Shown here: piece after piece, positions 25,970 to 36,927 of the stretch
Numbering within the stretch: the first letter of the stretch is position 1
How the letters are laid out: each line of letters opens with the position of its first letter
Assembly (NCBI GenBank): GCA_944392815.1
Contig: CALXXY010000002.1
Coordinates: 96,001-160,000 of the forward strand
DNA from: an uncultured Alphaproteobacteria bacterium
Lineage (GTDB): Bacteria; Pseudomonadota; Alphaproteobacteria; Rs-D84
Length of the DNA: 64,000 nt
Direction: 5' to 3'
The notes under the pieces: generated by a model
What the model was told of the DNA's origin: nothing
Database searches by the model: none
The model's input: only the letters and a program-made list of their open reading frames with translations
Position numbers and translations under genes: made by a program

Positions 25970-28225
25970 CTATAATATATGCCGTTTATTATTTGCGTCT
26001 GGGGGACTGACGATGCCTTCGGCCTCCATACGTTCCATAAACCCGGCGGCCTTGTTATATCCCACACCCAAACGACGCTGAATATATGAAATGGTGGGCT
26101 TTTTATCACGAATAACAACCTCTTTGGCCTGGGTATACAAATCAGCATCCTTGTCGGCCTTGGTCGCCACCGCCCCCGGCAATCCAGGTATTCCGTCCCC
26201 ACCACCATCGGTCACACCATCGGCGTATTCAGGTTCACCCTGGGACCGCAGGAAATCCCCAACACGTTTTAATTCCTCATCAGAAATATACGCCCCATGT
26301 ATACGCACGGCTTTGTGGCCACCTTCGCTGAATAACATGTCGCCACATTTTAACAATTGTTCAGCACCCTTTTCACCCAACGATGTCATAGAATCAGTAA
26401 TACTGCGCGCCTGGAACGATACACGGGTCGGGAAATTCGCCTTGATAACGCCGGTAATCACGGTCGCGTCCGGACGCTGGGTCGCCATTATCAAATGTAT
26501 ACCGGCGGCACGTGCCTTTTGCGCGATACGTTGAATATATGCCTCGACCTCTTTCTTGGCAACATTCATTAAATCGGCAACCTCGTCTATGATGATGACG
26601 ATATACGGCATATCAGACAAATCAACTTCCTGGGTTTCAAATAACAATTCCCCGGTTTCTTCGTCTGTACCGACGGCCACCTGTTCTGTTAATTTTTCCC
26701 CATTGGCGCGTTTTTGCGCCGCAATTTCATTGTACGTTTCGATATTGCGCGCCTGCAATTTCTGCAATTGCTTGTACCGATTTTCCATTTCGTTCACAGC
26801 CCATTTCAACGCCGCCACCGCAGCATTCGGATCCAATTTCACAATCGGCGTAATTAAATGCGGAATATCGTCCCAGAATCCAAAATCAACCCCCTTGGGG
26901 TCAATGATTATCAATTTACATTTATCAGGCGTAAAATGATACACAATGGACGTAATAATTGTCTGAACAAACACAGATTTCCCAGAACCTGTACGCCCTG
27001 CAATCAACATGTGCGGCATTTTTGCCAAATCATAATACATGGAATCGCCGCCGATGTTCACACCCAACGCCAATGGGATTTTATAACTGGAATGAACAAA
27101 CGTATCATTTTCCATCAGCGTTCTGAACCGCACAGTTTGCGGTTTTAAATTCACCATTTCAACGCCAATCAATTGAGTGCTGGGGATAACCGAAATACGA
27201 ATTTTTTCAGTGGCCATCGCGCGCGTCATGTCATCGACCGTCTTGTTCACGTCGGCCATGCGCACACCGCTGTCCGGCAAAAATTCATACAGCGTCACAA
27301 TGGGCCCGGGTCGAATTCCAACAACTTTGCCCTGGACATTATATTCGGCAAAATGCAATTCCATCGCGGCCGCATTGCGCTTTAATTCAGGTGTCACCAC
27401 ATTTTTACCAAAATGCGAATATTCCAAAAATGCAGGATCCGGCAATTCATATTCATGCACACTGTCCGCCCCGGTGCGGCGCACCGCATGTGCCCCACGC
27501 ACAGCGCGCCGTGCGCCCCGCGTGCGACGTGCGGGCTTTTCATTAACTTCCTCTGATTCTTCATCGGGCTCGGAATCCTCGTATTCTTCTTCGTCCGATT
27601 CGGAATCAATTTCCCCGCGCGGCACACTGGTCAAATGGAACACAGACAACAACCACCGCACACCCCGCCAACACATGCGCCCTGCACTGACAACGTGCAC
27701 CCATTTAATATGCAACAACACCGACGCCAGCAATACAAACACCAACAACGCGGCCACACCAATCGCCACGCCCCACGCGCCAAATATTCCACCAATATCA
27801 TTGGCAACTATTGCCCCAAACATACCGCCAAACGTGCCGCCCGGCGCAACCAGTCCCAACCCAGCTGCCCCCGCACACATCGCGACAAAGAAACGCAGAA
27901 AATTATATTCAGGCGCACCATCATCACCCCAGTTCGCCAACCACGCCAACCCCCAACGCGCCACACACAAAAACACAAACGCCGCTGGAATAAATCCAAT
28001 ACCATAGCGAATAAATCCGACAATTTGCCCAACAAACGATTGTTCACCAAACGTACTGGCGGCGGCAAATCCGTCCAGATACGGATTGTAAAACATCATC
28101 GCCACCAATGCGAACAACCCCAGCGCCAACAACAGTCCGCCTGCGATTCGCCGAATTAAACCCTTTAACGCCACAGAAATACTTTCTGGGAAAAAATTAT
28201 TTGATGTCTTTGCCATGCCATGCAT
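25970..28225 (-). CDS. ftsK: DNA translocase FtsK
   Basis: TM N-domain, PHMLIAGRTGSGKS, IDPK, IDEVADLM, ATQRP and gamma domain IQRRLGVGYNKAA. Confidence 0.96.
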   Translation of the reverse strand: MHGMAKTSNNFFPESISVALKGLIRRIAGGLLLALGLFALVAMMFYNPYLDGFAAASTFGEQSFVGQIVGFIRYGIGFIPAAFVFLCVARWGLAWLANWGDDGAPEYNFLRFFVAMCAGAAGLGLVAPGGTFGGMFGAIVANDIGGIFGAWGVAIGVAALLVFVLLASVLLHIKWVHVVSAGRMCWRGVRWLLSVFHLTSVPRGEIDSESDEEEYEDSEPDEESEEVNEKPARRTRGARRAVRGAHAVRRTGADSVHEYELPDPAFLEYSHFGKNVVTPELKRNAAAMELHFAEYNVQGKVVGIRPGPIVTLYEFLPDSGVRMADVNKTVDDMTRAMATEKIRISVIPSTQLIGVEMVNLKPQTVRFRTLMENDTFVHSSYKIPLALGVNIGGDSMYYDLAKMPHMLIAGRTGSGKSVFVQTIITSIVYHFTPDKCKLIIIDPKGVDFGFWDDIPHLITPIVKLDPNAAVAALKWAVNEMENRYKQLQKLQARNIETYNEIAAQKRANGEKLTEQVAVGTDEETGELLFETQEVDLSDMPYIVIIIDEVADLMNVAKKEVEAYIQRIAQKARAAGIHLIMATQRPDATVITGVIKANFPTRVSFQARSITDSMTSLGEKGAEQLLKCGDMLFSEGGHKAVRIHGAYISDEELKRVGDFLRSQGEPEYADGVTDGGGDGIPGLPGAVATKADKDADLYTQAKEVVIRDKKPTISYIQRRLGVGYNKAAGFMERMEAEGIVSPPDANNKRHIL

Positions 28226-28249
28226 TGTACCACAAAAAACATAAAAATG

Positions 28250-28951
28250 TTAGTGCTGTGCAACATCGCCGCCATAGTTTTTCAACCACGCTTTGACCAA
28301 ATCAGCCGCCACCATACCAATAAACGCCCCCAATATAACATCAGACGGCCAATGCGCACCAACCGATATCCGCGACAGCCCAATAATTATGGCCAACGAC
28401 CATGTAAACCATTTAATTTTTGGCGCCAACAATCCCAACATAACCAGTCCCGCAAATGACGCAAACGTATGACCCGATGGCATGGAATTAAACGCCCAAT
28501 CGGTTGAAAACGGAACAAATCCAGTTTTATCCAACGCCTCGAAAAACACGGGGCGCATACGCCCAATAACAATTTTTAATATTTTGCCAACCACACTGGC
28601 AACAAACACAGAACATAACACATAAAACGCATAACTGTTGCGTGTCTTTGCAACGAAATCATTGCAAAACGCCATAAAGCTGGGCTTATTTTGTGCATTT
28701 CTGTACCGCACCCCAGAATTGTAAATTTTTTTCAGATAAAACACCAACAACACAACCGCAGATACAATCAGCCAAATTTTCGCATCAAAAATTTTGTCGA
28801 ACAAATGCCACAACCAACAGTCCCCACCGCGCATAAATAAATACAGCGGTTTATCGAACCAAAAAATTCCCATAAACACCAACACCGCCGTCACAGCCGC
28901 GGCAATACCCAACAAACGCCATTTGATTTTATTATTGGTTGTTAAAAACAT
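28250..28951 (-). CDS. PAP2-family membrane phosphatase
   Basis: K......RP, SMPSGH and SR..VGAHWPSDV motifs. Confidence 0.9.
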   Translation of the reverse strand: MFLTTNNKIKWRLLGIAAAVTAVLVFMGIFWFDKPLYLFMRGGDCWLWHLFDKIFDAKIWLIVSAVVLLVFYLKKIYNSGVRYRNAQNKPSFMAFCNDFVAKTRNSYAFYVLCSVFVASVVGKILKIVIGRMRPVFFEALDKTGFVPFSTDWAFNSMPSGHTFASFAGLVMLGLLAPKIKWFTWSLAIIIGLSRISVGAHWPSDVILGAFIGMVAADLVKAWLKNYGGDVAQH

Positions 28952-28971
28952 GATTCCCCCATACGCATTAA

Positions 28972-30477
28972 TTATTCCGCCACCAGTTTATTGTATACCT
29001 TGGCATCAGTTAAAATTTTCGCCGCCACCGCCGCAGACAACGCATCTTCGTCTGCGCCACTGGTAATCACCGGACAACCGCGCCGCACAGCGTCAACATC
29101 GATATCCGATTTATCATTAAAATCCTGGGCATTAAAATCATTATTAATCACATTCAGGAAAAACGCATTTTGCTGATTTGTCGACCGAATATTAGACAAA
29201 CATACAATCGGGAAAATTCCACGTCCATCAATCACGCGCCCTGTTCCTGTTTTAATTGATTTGTTTAATAATTCCAACGCCCCGCCATTATCCAGATTAA
29301 TGCGACTCGCGATTCGGGCCGCCCCTGCGGTTGGTGTTCCAACCAACACGCCGCGTTCATATTCATAAAACGCGGCGGCCACGGCCTCGGCCGTGCCACG
29401 TGTCATATTGGACATCAGCACAACAATCGGCACATCTGTCACAGCCGCCCCACCGGGAATAACCTCTACTTCATCTTTGGCGGTTTCGACTATGCGCATA
29501 ACAGGCCGCGCCCCAATAAACAGCCCCGCCAACTTTGCCGCCGCCCGTTCATCGTCGCCCGTCGCCGCACGCAAATCCAAAATTATCCCAGATATGTCGG
29601 TATATGTTGCCAACGCTTCGTTAATTATTGATGCGGCATTATCAGAAATTCTGTGCACGACAATTTCCAGTATGCCGCCACTCGCTTCATCACTGCGATG
29701 AACAATATCAGCGTCCGCCAACACAATTGTCGCCCGCCGCAACACAACATCGCGCGCACCCGACGGCGATAATAATTTTATTTTTGATGTCCCGGAATTA
29801 AACCCAGACATCGCCGCAGACAAATCATCGTCCGACATATCCGCCACGTTTGTCCCATTTATGGCGGTAATTAAATCCCCCGCCCGTATGCCAGATATAT
29901 CCGCGGGCGATCCCTTGTACACGCCATGCACCCGCCAATTACCACGTGCGTCACGCGCCCCCTCGAGTCCCACACTGGTCAAAATCCGTCCATCTTCGGT
30001 AATTTCGGCCGCCCGCGAATAAATATATCGGCCATTTTCATCAATTCCGCGCATTAAACTGTCCACCACAACCTGATACATTTCGCTGGTTGACAGATTC
30101 TGCAACGCCGGGTCATTCGCCCGCAGTTTTAACACCAACGCAGTTGTAATTTCACCAAACCCATTCCAATCACCCGGCTGGGGCCGCGGATAATTTGCGA
30201 TAATCGCGTCCCGCCACACCAACACAACCCGTTCATCAGTCGCAGCAATATGCGCATTTGGATTTAAATTTTCCAAACTTTCAATCGCCACATTAATGCT
30301 TTTGCCACCCCATTTAACACCGTCCAGTTTTTCATAAATATCCGCGAACGTCGCAGACACATCAAAAACATTCAAACCGTCCTGGATTGGTTCATCTTCG
30401 AAAAACAAACTGTCTGCATGACACGGCACAGCAACCAGGGCGAAAAACAAATATGCAAATAAATTTTTTATTTTCAT
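28972..30477 (-). CDS. S41/CtpA-like PDZ protein, probably catalytically degenerate
   Basis: Signal peptide, PDZ (GSPA..SGIRAGD.I.AING), GIILDLR and G.GIFP. The catalytic motifs read TRGTAE and TAGAA. Confidence 0.75.
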   Translation of the reverse strand: MKIKNLFAYLFFALVAVPCHADSLFFEDEPIQDGLNVFDVSATFADIYEKLDGVKWGGKSINVAIESLENLNPNAHIAATDERVVLVWRDAIIANYPRPQPGDWNGFGEITTALVLKLRANDPALQNLSTSEMYQVVVDSLMRGIDENGRYIYSRAAEITEDGRILTSVGLEGARDARGNWRVHGVYKGSPADISGIRAGDLITAINGTNVADMSDDDLSAAMSGFNSGTSKIKLLSPSGARDVVLRRATIVLADADIVHRSDEASGGILEIVVHRISDNAASIINEALATYTDISGIILDLRAATGDDERAAAKLAGLFIGARPVMRIVETAKDEVEVIPGGAAVTDVPIVVLMSNMTRGTAEAVAAAFYEYERGVLVGTPTAGAARIASRINLDNGGALELLNKSIKTGTGRVIDGRGIFPIVCLSNIRSTNQQNAFFLNVINNDFNAQDFNDKSDIDVDAVRRGCPVITSGADEDALSAAVAAKILTDAKVYNKLVAE

Positions 30478-30509
30478 GTTGGCCCCTCTCCCTGGTTGTG
30501 TGCAACGAA

Positions 30510-31388
30510 TTATTTCCCGTTTGTAATAGAATCGTCACGCAGATTAAAGTGATACAAAATAACGTTTGAAATATAAATACTGGTGAACGTTCCCATAACA
30601 ACCGCAAACGTCATAGCAATCGAAAAATCACGCAACGCCGGCCCACCAAACAGGAACAACGCCACCATTGCCAATATCGTCGACACCCCGGTCATAATGG
30701 TTCTGCGCATCATTTCATTCACAGACAAATCAATCAAATCGTCCATGGGCATTTTGTGATATTTTTTAATATTTTCCTCGATTCGGTCATAGTTTACAAC
30801 CTTGTCATTAATGGAATATCCGACACCCATCAGGATAACCGCAATCGCCGTCTGATTGAATTCCAACCCTGTGATTGAAAAGAATCCAAACATAATCACG
30901 AAATCCAAACACAGCGAAATAAACGACCCGATGGCATATCCGCCACGATATCGCACCCACACATACACAGACATTAATATGAATGAAAACAATATCGCCA
31001 AAATACCACCGCGCACCAATTCATCGCCAATTTTTGGCCCAACAATTTGCACCTGGGAATATTCAACATTGTTGCCCAAAATTTCTTTGATTTCAGCCAC
31101 ACGGGCATTTTGTTCGGCATCAGTCGCACCCTTGTGCAAACCAACACGCACCAAAATTGCCCCATTGTCACCAACCGATTGCAATTCAGGATTAAATTGT
31201 GCCAAATCACTGCGCATTTTATCAATGGTATAATCCGCGGAAACCGGCGTCACCTCCATCGATATACCACCGGCGAAATCAATACCATAATTCAACCCAC
31301 GGAATATCAACGACAGCACAGACAGCAAAATCAGCGCGCCCGCAATCCAGTACGACAATTTGCGATATTTCATAAACTTTAATTTCAT
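30510..31388 (-). CDS. secF: Protein translocase subunit SecF
   Basis: GLNYGIDFAGG, VGPKIG.EL, GYSIND.VV.YDRI.EN and RT..T motifs. Confidence 0.95.
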   Translation of the reverse strand: MKLKFMKYRKLSYWIAGALILLSVLSLIFRGLNYGIDFAGGISMEVTPVSADYTIDKMRSDLAQFNPELQSVGDNGAILVRVGLHKGATDAEQNARVAEIKEILGNNVEYSQVQIVGPKIGDELVRGGILAILFSFILMSVYVWVRYRGGYAIGSFISLCLDFVIMFGFFSITGLEFNQTAIAVILMGVGYSINDKVVNYDRIEENIKKYHKMPMDDLIDLSVNEMMRRTIMTGVSTILAMVALFLFGGPALRDFSIAMTFAVVMGTFTSIYISNVILYHFNLRDDSITNGK

Positions 31389-31398
31389 AACACGCCCC

Positions 31399-32958
31399 TT
31401 AATTTGTCTTTACATAACCAATTTTTTTATTTTTACCGCCCATGTACCAATCGATGATAACCTTGGACAAAGATACACAAGTGAACAGCGTGGTCAAAAC
31501 ACCGACCGACAGCGTCACTGCGAATCCACGAATGGGTCCGGCCCCGAATTGGAACAGCACCAACGAACAAATCAAATTGGTTAAATTCCCGTCCAATACG
31601 GCCTTCATAGATCTGTGGAATCCGGCCTCGACCGCGCGCAGCGGCGTTGACCCGGCGCGAATTTCATCACGTATTCGTTCGAACGGCAAAATATTCGCGT
31701 CCACAGCCATACCCAACGTCAACACGATACCGGCAATCCCAGGCAACGTTAACACACCACCCAGCACAGCCGTGATACCAATAATCATCGCCAAATTAAT
31801 CAGCAACACAAAACTGGCAATAACACCAAAACCGCGATAGCAAACAATCATGAATATCATAATAAATATGACACCCATCAACGACGCTATTTTACCGGCC
31901 TCGATAGTGTCGGCCCCCAGTCCCGCGCCAACGGTACGTTCTTCGATAACCTGCAATGGCGCCGGCAAAGCACCGCTGCGCAACAGCACGGCTAAATCTT
32001 TGGCACCCTGCAACGTGAACCCACCAGAAATCTGACCACGGCCACCCGGAATTGGTTCACGAATCGTTGGGGCGGACAAAACCTCGCCGTCCAGGACGAT
32101 TGCGAAACGTTCATTTACATGTTCGGTCGTCAGTTTTGCAAATCTGCGTGCGCCCGCCGCATCGAACACAGTCGTCACGACCGGCAAATTATTTTGGTCA
32201 AAATCCGCCTGGGAATCTTTTAACGATTCGCCCGATACCTCTACATGCGAATACACAGGAATCAATTGCCCGGGCGCATCAATATACGGTAAAAATTCTG
32301 TTCCCTTTGGCGGACGTCCAGACGCTAACTGTTCAGCGGTCACATTTTCATTCACCAAATGGAAAGTCATCTTTGCCGTCTGACCAATTAATTCTTTGAT
32401 ACGTTCTGGATTATCCACACCAGGCAATTGTATCAAAATATATTTTCCGCCCTGGCTTTGAATAGATGGTTCTTTGGTCCCCAGCGCATCAACACGACGA
32501 CGCACAATTTCAATACTGCGCGACAAAGCGTCCTGGACCATTTCTTCGCGTGCACGCGCCGAATAAGTCAACGAAACATTGCGCCCATCAACGGTAATGT
32601 CCACAGTGTCACCAAATTCACTGCGCAAACGTCCGCGCGCCTTGGACACATCGTCGGCATTACGCACAACGAACGACACAACACCATCATGATTGCGCAG
32701 ATTTGAAAAACGAATAACACCTTTGTCCCTGTCTATCAAGGCACTGCGTGCCTCTTCGTACAATTGCGTGGTTTTATCCTGCATCATGGTTGTGGTGTCA
32801 ACCTCTAATAATAACTGGGCACCACCCTTTAAATCCAACCCCAACTGAATTGGTTGAATCCACGACGGGAAATAAGGCGCCAAACTGGGCGCCATTGTTG
32901 GCACAGCCAATAATACACCAAACACTGCGACAAAAATTATTGCCAGTTTTTTTAACAT
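31399..32958 (-). CDS. secD: Protein translocase subunit SecD
   Basis: LGLDLKGG, RRVDALG..EP, LRSGALPAPL and GMAVDANIL motifs. Confidence 0.96.
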   Translation of the reverse strand: MLKKLAIIFVAVFGVLLAVPTMAPSLAPYFPSWIQPIQLGLDLKGGAQLLLEVDTTTMMQDKTTQLYEEARSALIDRDKGVIRFSNLRNHDGVVSFVVRNADDVSKARGRLRSEFGDTVDITVDGRNVSLTYSARAREEMVQDALSRSIEIVRRRVDALGTKEPSIQSQGGKYILIQLPGVDNPERIKELIGQTAKMTFHLVNENVTAEQLASGRPPKGTEFLPYIDAPGQLIPVYSHVEVSGESLKDSQADFDQNNLPVVTTVFDAAGARRFAKLTTEHVNERFAIVLDGEVLSAPTIREPIPGGRGQISGGFTLQGAKDLAVLLRSGALPAPLQVIEERTVGAGLGADTIEAGKIASLMGVIFIMIFMIVCYRGFGVIASFVLLINLAMIIGITAVLGGVLTLPGIAGIVLTLGMAVDANILPFERIRDEIRAGSTPLRAVEAGFHRSMKAVLDGNLTNLICSLVLFQFGAGPIRGFAVTLSVGVLTTLFTCVSLSKVIIDWYMGGKNKKIGYVKTN

Positions 32959-32971
32959 ACCACTACCCTTT

Positions 32972-33289
32972 TTACTCTACACTTGCGATTGCGCCCTTGG
33001 CCACTTCGATAACGACGCCCTTGGCAATTTCCATTTCCACTGTTTTTTCGTTTACTTTTTTAACAGTACCATAAATACCGGCCGCCACAATACGATTGCC
33101 AACCTGAATGGAATCAACCATTTTTTGATATTCAGCCATACGCTTTTTATTTGGGCGCACCATAAACAGATAAATAATTGCAAATATAATCAGACAGTAC
33201 AGCAATAATCCCCACCAATCAGTTGCCTGGGGCGCCACCGTTGTTGCGGCCTGGGTTGCTGCGTCTGCGACTGCTGCTGTTTGTTCCAT
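32972..33289 (-). CDS. yajC: Preprotein translocase subunit YajC
   Basis: Y...VRP.KKR and G..IV...GIYGTV motifs. Upstream of secD. Confidence 0.92.
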   Translation of the reverse strand: MEQTAAVADAATQAATTVAPQATDWWGLLLYCLIIFAIIYLFMVRPNKKRMAEYQKMVDSIQVGNRIVAAGIYGTVKKVNEKTVEMEIAKGVVIEVAKGAIASVE

Positions 33290-33367
33290 AATTTTCTCCT
33301 TAACTGCCAATTATCATGGGTTCAGAATAGTAAAAAAAGCCCGTTATGTAAAGGAAAATAGTTATAT

Positions 33368-35116
33368 TCATACACGTTCAAACCAACCATCAATTTGTGA
33401 CAACGGAATAATTTTGTACACAGGACGTCCATGATTGCATTCCCCACCCCGTGTGGTGTTTTCAATATCACGCAACAAAGCGTCCATTTGCGCCATATCC
33501 AATTTTTGCCCCGCCCGCACACTGTGATGACATGCATAATTTGCCAATTTTAAATGCAACCGTTCCGCCAGTTGTGATGAATGCCCATAATCGCGAACCT
33601 CGGCTGCGATGGCACGAAACAAATCTGTCCAATCCAAATCCCAATCAGCCGGCCGTTCAAATACAGCAATCGCATCATCACCAAACGCATCAACACGCAC
33701 ACCCGCCGCCGCCAATTGTTCAGAAATTGATAACACCGCCGCAACATCTTCGTCACGCAAATGTATAACAATTGGCGTTAATAATGGTTGAACATGAATG
33801 TCATGCCGACGCAAACGTTCATACGTTATGCGTTCATGCGCAGCATGTTGATCAATAATAACCAGGTTATCAGCACTTTGCGCCAAAATATATTTGTTGC
33901 CAATTTGACCAATGACACGCCCCAGCGGCCTGGATTCATCTGGATTTTCATCTGACGCGTTTTGTACATTTAACGAATGTGGCGCCGTCGCGGTCGTGCC
34001 AGCAAACACAGATTTCAATTCCACCCCCCGCTTGGGCGACGAAACATGAAACGCGCCCGGCGCAAAATGTAAATCCTGGGCAACAGGCCTGGGCGCAAAA
34101 ATTTGCGCGGGCTGCACCCCGGTCGCCACACGTGGCGCCGCATTCAATGTTTGTGACAACACGTCGCGCAATGATTTAATAATAAACGCGCGCACATGCG
34201 ACGGTTCCAAAAAATGCACATCTGTTTTGGCGGGCGACACATTCACATCAACATTGCGCGGATTCATTTCCAAATACAACGCGCACAACGGAAATTCACG
34301 CGCATGCATAACGTCCATATACGCCGCACGCAACGCCCCCACCAACACTTTGTCCCGCACAGGCCGCCCATTCACAAATAAAAATTGATCCACAGATGTT
34401 GCCCGTCGCAACGTTGGTTCCGAAATCAATCCATGCAATCGCAAACTGGAATCAGACGTCGACACCGCGTCCACATTCAACATACGCCCCCGCACATCAT
34501 CGCCCATAACCGCCGCCACACGTTCGGCCATATCCTGATTTTTTGGGAATCGCCATTTATTATTTAATGTAAAACCAACGTCCGCGCGCGCCATGGCCAA
34601 ACGTTTCACCACGTCCAACACAGACATCATTTCAGCCCTGTCGCCACGCAAAAATTTTAACCGCGCAGGCGTTTTCGCAAACAAATTTTGAACACGGATT
34701 CGCGTTCCCCCGTCCCATGCAGACGGCCGTATTTCACCAGACGCACAATCCAGCACCCAACCATTGTCATCAATTCCGTTAAATGTATCAATGGTCATAT
34801 CTGATACAGACGCAATTGACGGCAACGCTTCGCCACGAAATCCCATAAAATTAATATTTAATAAATCATCAGACGGTAATTTAGACGTTGCATGCCGCAT
34901 AATACTGTGCGCCAAATCGTCGCGCGACATACCGCCCCCATTATCAATCACAGAAATCATGGTGCGTCCACCATCAACCACATCAATAACAATCTGGTCA
35001 GCACCGGCGTCCAGCGCATTTTCCACCAATTCTTTGACAACGCTGGCGGGCCGTTCCACAACTTCGCCGGCGGCAATTTGATTTATCAAAAAATCCGGCA
35101 AAACGCGAATCGGCAT
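33368..35116 (-). CDS. mutL: DNA mismatch repair endonuclease MutL
   Basis: IAAGEVVERP, GFRGEAL, DQHAAHER, ACH and CNHGRP motifs. Confidence 0.96.
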   Translation of the reverse strand: MPIRVLPDFLINQIAAGEVVERPASVVKELVENALDAGADQIVIDVVDGGRTMISVIDNGGGMSRDDLAHSIMRHATSKLPSDDLLNINFMGFRGEALPSIASVSDMTIDTFNGIDDNGWVLDCASGEIRPSAWDGGTRIRVQNLFAKTPARLKFLRGDRAEMMSVLDVVKRLAMARADVGFTLNNKWRFPKNQDMAERVAAVMGDDVRGRMLNVDAVSTSDSSLRLHGLISEPTLRRATSVDQFLFVNGRPVRDKVLVGALRAAYMDVMHAREFPLCALYLEMNPRNVDVNVSPAKTDVHFLEPSHVRAFIIKSLRDVLSQTLNAAPRVATGVQPAQIFAPRPVAQDLHFAPGAFHVSSPKRGVELKSVFAGTTATAPHSLNVQNASDENPDESRPLGRVIGQIGNKYILAQSADNLVIIDQHAAHERITYERLRRHDIHVQPLLTPIVIHLRDEDVAAVLSISEQLAAAGVRVDAFGDDAIAVFERPADWDLDWTDLFRAIAAEVRDYGHSSQLAERLHLKLANYACHHSVRAGQKLDMAQMDALLRDIENTTRGGECNHGRPVYKIIPLSQIDGWFERV

Positions 35117-35123
35117 ATCTGGG

Positions 35124-35594
35124 CTATTCCTTGAATTTTACTTCTAAAATTTCATATTCTTTTTCACCACTGGGCAATTTAACAATGCACGTATCACCCA
35201 CGCATCTGCCAATCATGGCCCGCCCCACTGGCGAAGTACATGAAATAACATGTTTGCCGTCGGCCTCGACATCAGACAAAATCCGGCACTGCATACGATT
35301 GCCATCTTCGTCCTCGGCCATGACACGCGCACCGAACACCACCCTGTCGCCGGTCAAACTGTCCACATCAATAACATTGGCATTATTGATAAAATCTTCG
35401 ATAAATTGAATACGTTTGTCTATTTGCCGTTGCTTTTCCTTGGCCGCGCTGTAATCAGCGTTTTCAGACAAATCACCCAAAGAACGCGCCCATTGAACAG
35501 TTTTCAAAATTTCTGGACGTTGAACTTCCTTTAAATCTTTTAATTCTTTAATCAGGCCATCAAACCCAGCCCGCGAAATCGGCTTTTTTTCCAT
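35124..35594 (-). CDS. greA: Transcription elongation factor GreA
   Basis: GDLSENADY.AAKE and IS..SPVGRA motifs. Confidence 0.9.
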   Translation of the reverse strand: MEKKPISRAGFDGLIKELKDLKEVQRPEILKTVQWARSLGDLSENADYSAAKEKQRQIDKRIQFIEDFINNANVIDVDSLTGDRVVFGARVMAEDEDGNRMQCRILSDVEADGKHVISCTSPVGRAMIGRCVGDTCIVKLPSGEKEYEILEVKFKE

Positions 35595-35699
35595 TTTTCT
35601 TTTATCCCCATATATATTTTCGTTGAAATTATAAGCATTCATTTTAATTTTGCAATTGTCAAATGAACAGGGTATACTTTTTTAATTAACTGATAACAT

Positions 35700-36761
35700 A
35701 TGATATTCAGACCAAAAATTTTGAACAGATTCCTGCTGCGCAGATTTTTTTCCGGCGTGGGGTTGGTAATGTTGGTTGTATGCGGGATTATTATGGCGGT
35801 GACGTTTGTGGAACGTTTGCCATCAAATCCAACTGCCCTTGCCGCCATGGCCGACGCATGGCGCAGGTTATTGGAATACGTCCCGCTGTTTTTGCCGCTG
35901 GCTGTATTTATGGGAACATTGCTGGCGTCATATAATTTGACCAAATCCAGCGAAAGCATTATTGTGGCCAGTGCGGGTCTGTCGCCGTATCAAATGGCGC
36001 GCCCATTTTTAATTGGTGCCGCACTGATTGGCGTTGTCGCAACCACAGTATTAAATCCATATTCAGTAAAATTAAATTCGGCCGATATAACGGCGGATCA
36101 CCTGGTATTAATTGATGACGAAATCTGGTTGCGCGAATCATCGGACAACGGATATATCACCATGAACGCCAAAAACATGCACAAATCTGGAAATATATTG
36201 TTATTTGATAACGCCACAATATATGTACAAAGCACCGATTTCAAATTATCCCAACGAATCCAGGCGTCCACCGTCACATTATCGGACAGCGGCCTGGGGG
36301 CAACAAATGCCACCACATGGGACGCCCGCGGAATTCCCACCACCACAGATTGGCACATGCAAACGCTGCTGACGCCACAAACCGTATTGGACAGATATCT
36401 GCAGCCCGATCAAATTTCATTTTGGCAATTGCCACAATTTATTAAAAAAATGCAGCAAATTGGCGTCCCGGTACGTGCACACTTGGTTCAATTTTGGACA
36501 TTGCTGTTTTTGCCATTGACCATGGTCGCCATGGCAACATTGGGTGTTGCATTTTCCCAAACGCGCCAGCGCAGAAATTACAGTTTTGGTGTAAAATTCG
36601 GCATGGGCATCTTAACATGCTTTGCGGTGTATTTTCTGGTCAATATGTTTGGTGCATTGGGATCGACCGGTGTTGTACCACCACTGTTGGCGATAATTGC
36701 GCCGCCATTGATAATAATTGCGGGCGCAGGTGTTTTCATTACCAGTTTTGATACTATATAA
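35700..36761 (+). CDS. LptF/LptG-family LPS export permease
   Basis: 3+3 TM topology, S.SESIIVASAGLS and IWLRE motifs, periplasmic beta domain. Confidence 0.85.
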   Translation: MIFRPKILNRFLLRRFFSGVGLVMLVVCGIIMAVTFVERLPSNPTALAAMADAWRRLLEYVPLFLPLAVFMGTLLASYNLTKSSESIIVASAGLSPYQMARPFLIGAALIGVVATTVLNPYSVKLNSADITADHLVLIDDEIWLRESSDNGYITMNAKNMHKSGNILLFDNATIYVQSTDFKLSQRIQASTVTLSDSGLGATNATTWDARGIPTTTDWHMQTLLTPQTVLDRYLQPDQISFWQLPQFIKKMQQIGVPVRAHLVQFWTLLFLPLTMVAMATLGVAFSQTRQRRNYSFGVKFGMGILTCFAVYFLVNMFGALGSTGVVPPLLAIIAPPLIIIAGAGVFITSFDTI

Positions 36762-36788
36762 ATATATATAAATGAATGGGGGAACAAA

Positions 36789-36920
36789 ATGCCATTGCGT
36801 AAAAAAAACACAAAACGAAATCAAATTATTATATGGACCATTATCGCAGTTATTGTGATATTAATGATTGTATCGTTCCCGGCCACCCAATCCGTGACCG
36901 AAGTTGTCCTGCACCCATAA
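36789..36920 (+). CDS. Small single-pass membrane protein (43 aa)
   Basis: Manual translation MPLRKKNTKRNQIIIWTIIAVIVILMIVSFPATQSVTEVVLHP*. GGGGGA RBS, ends 7 nt before xerD. Confidence 0.7.
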   Translation: MPLRKKNTKRNQIIIWTIIAVIVILMIVSFPATQSVTEVVLHP

Positions 36921-36927
36921 CCCAATT

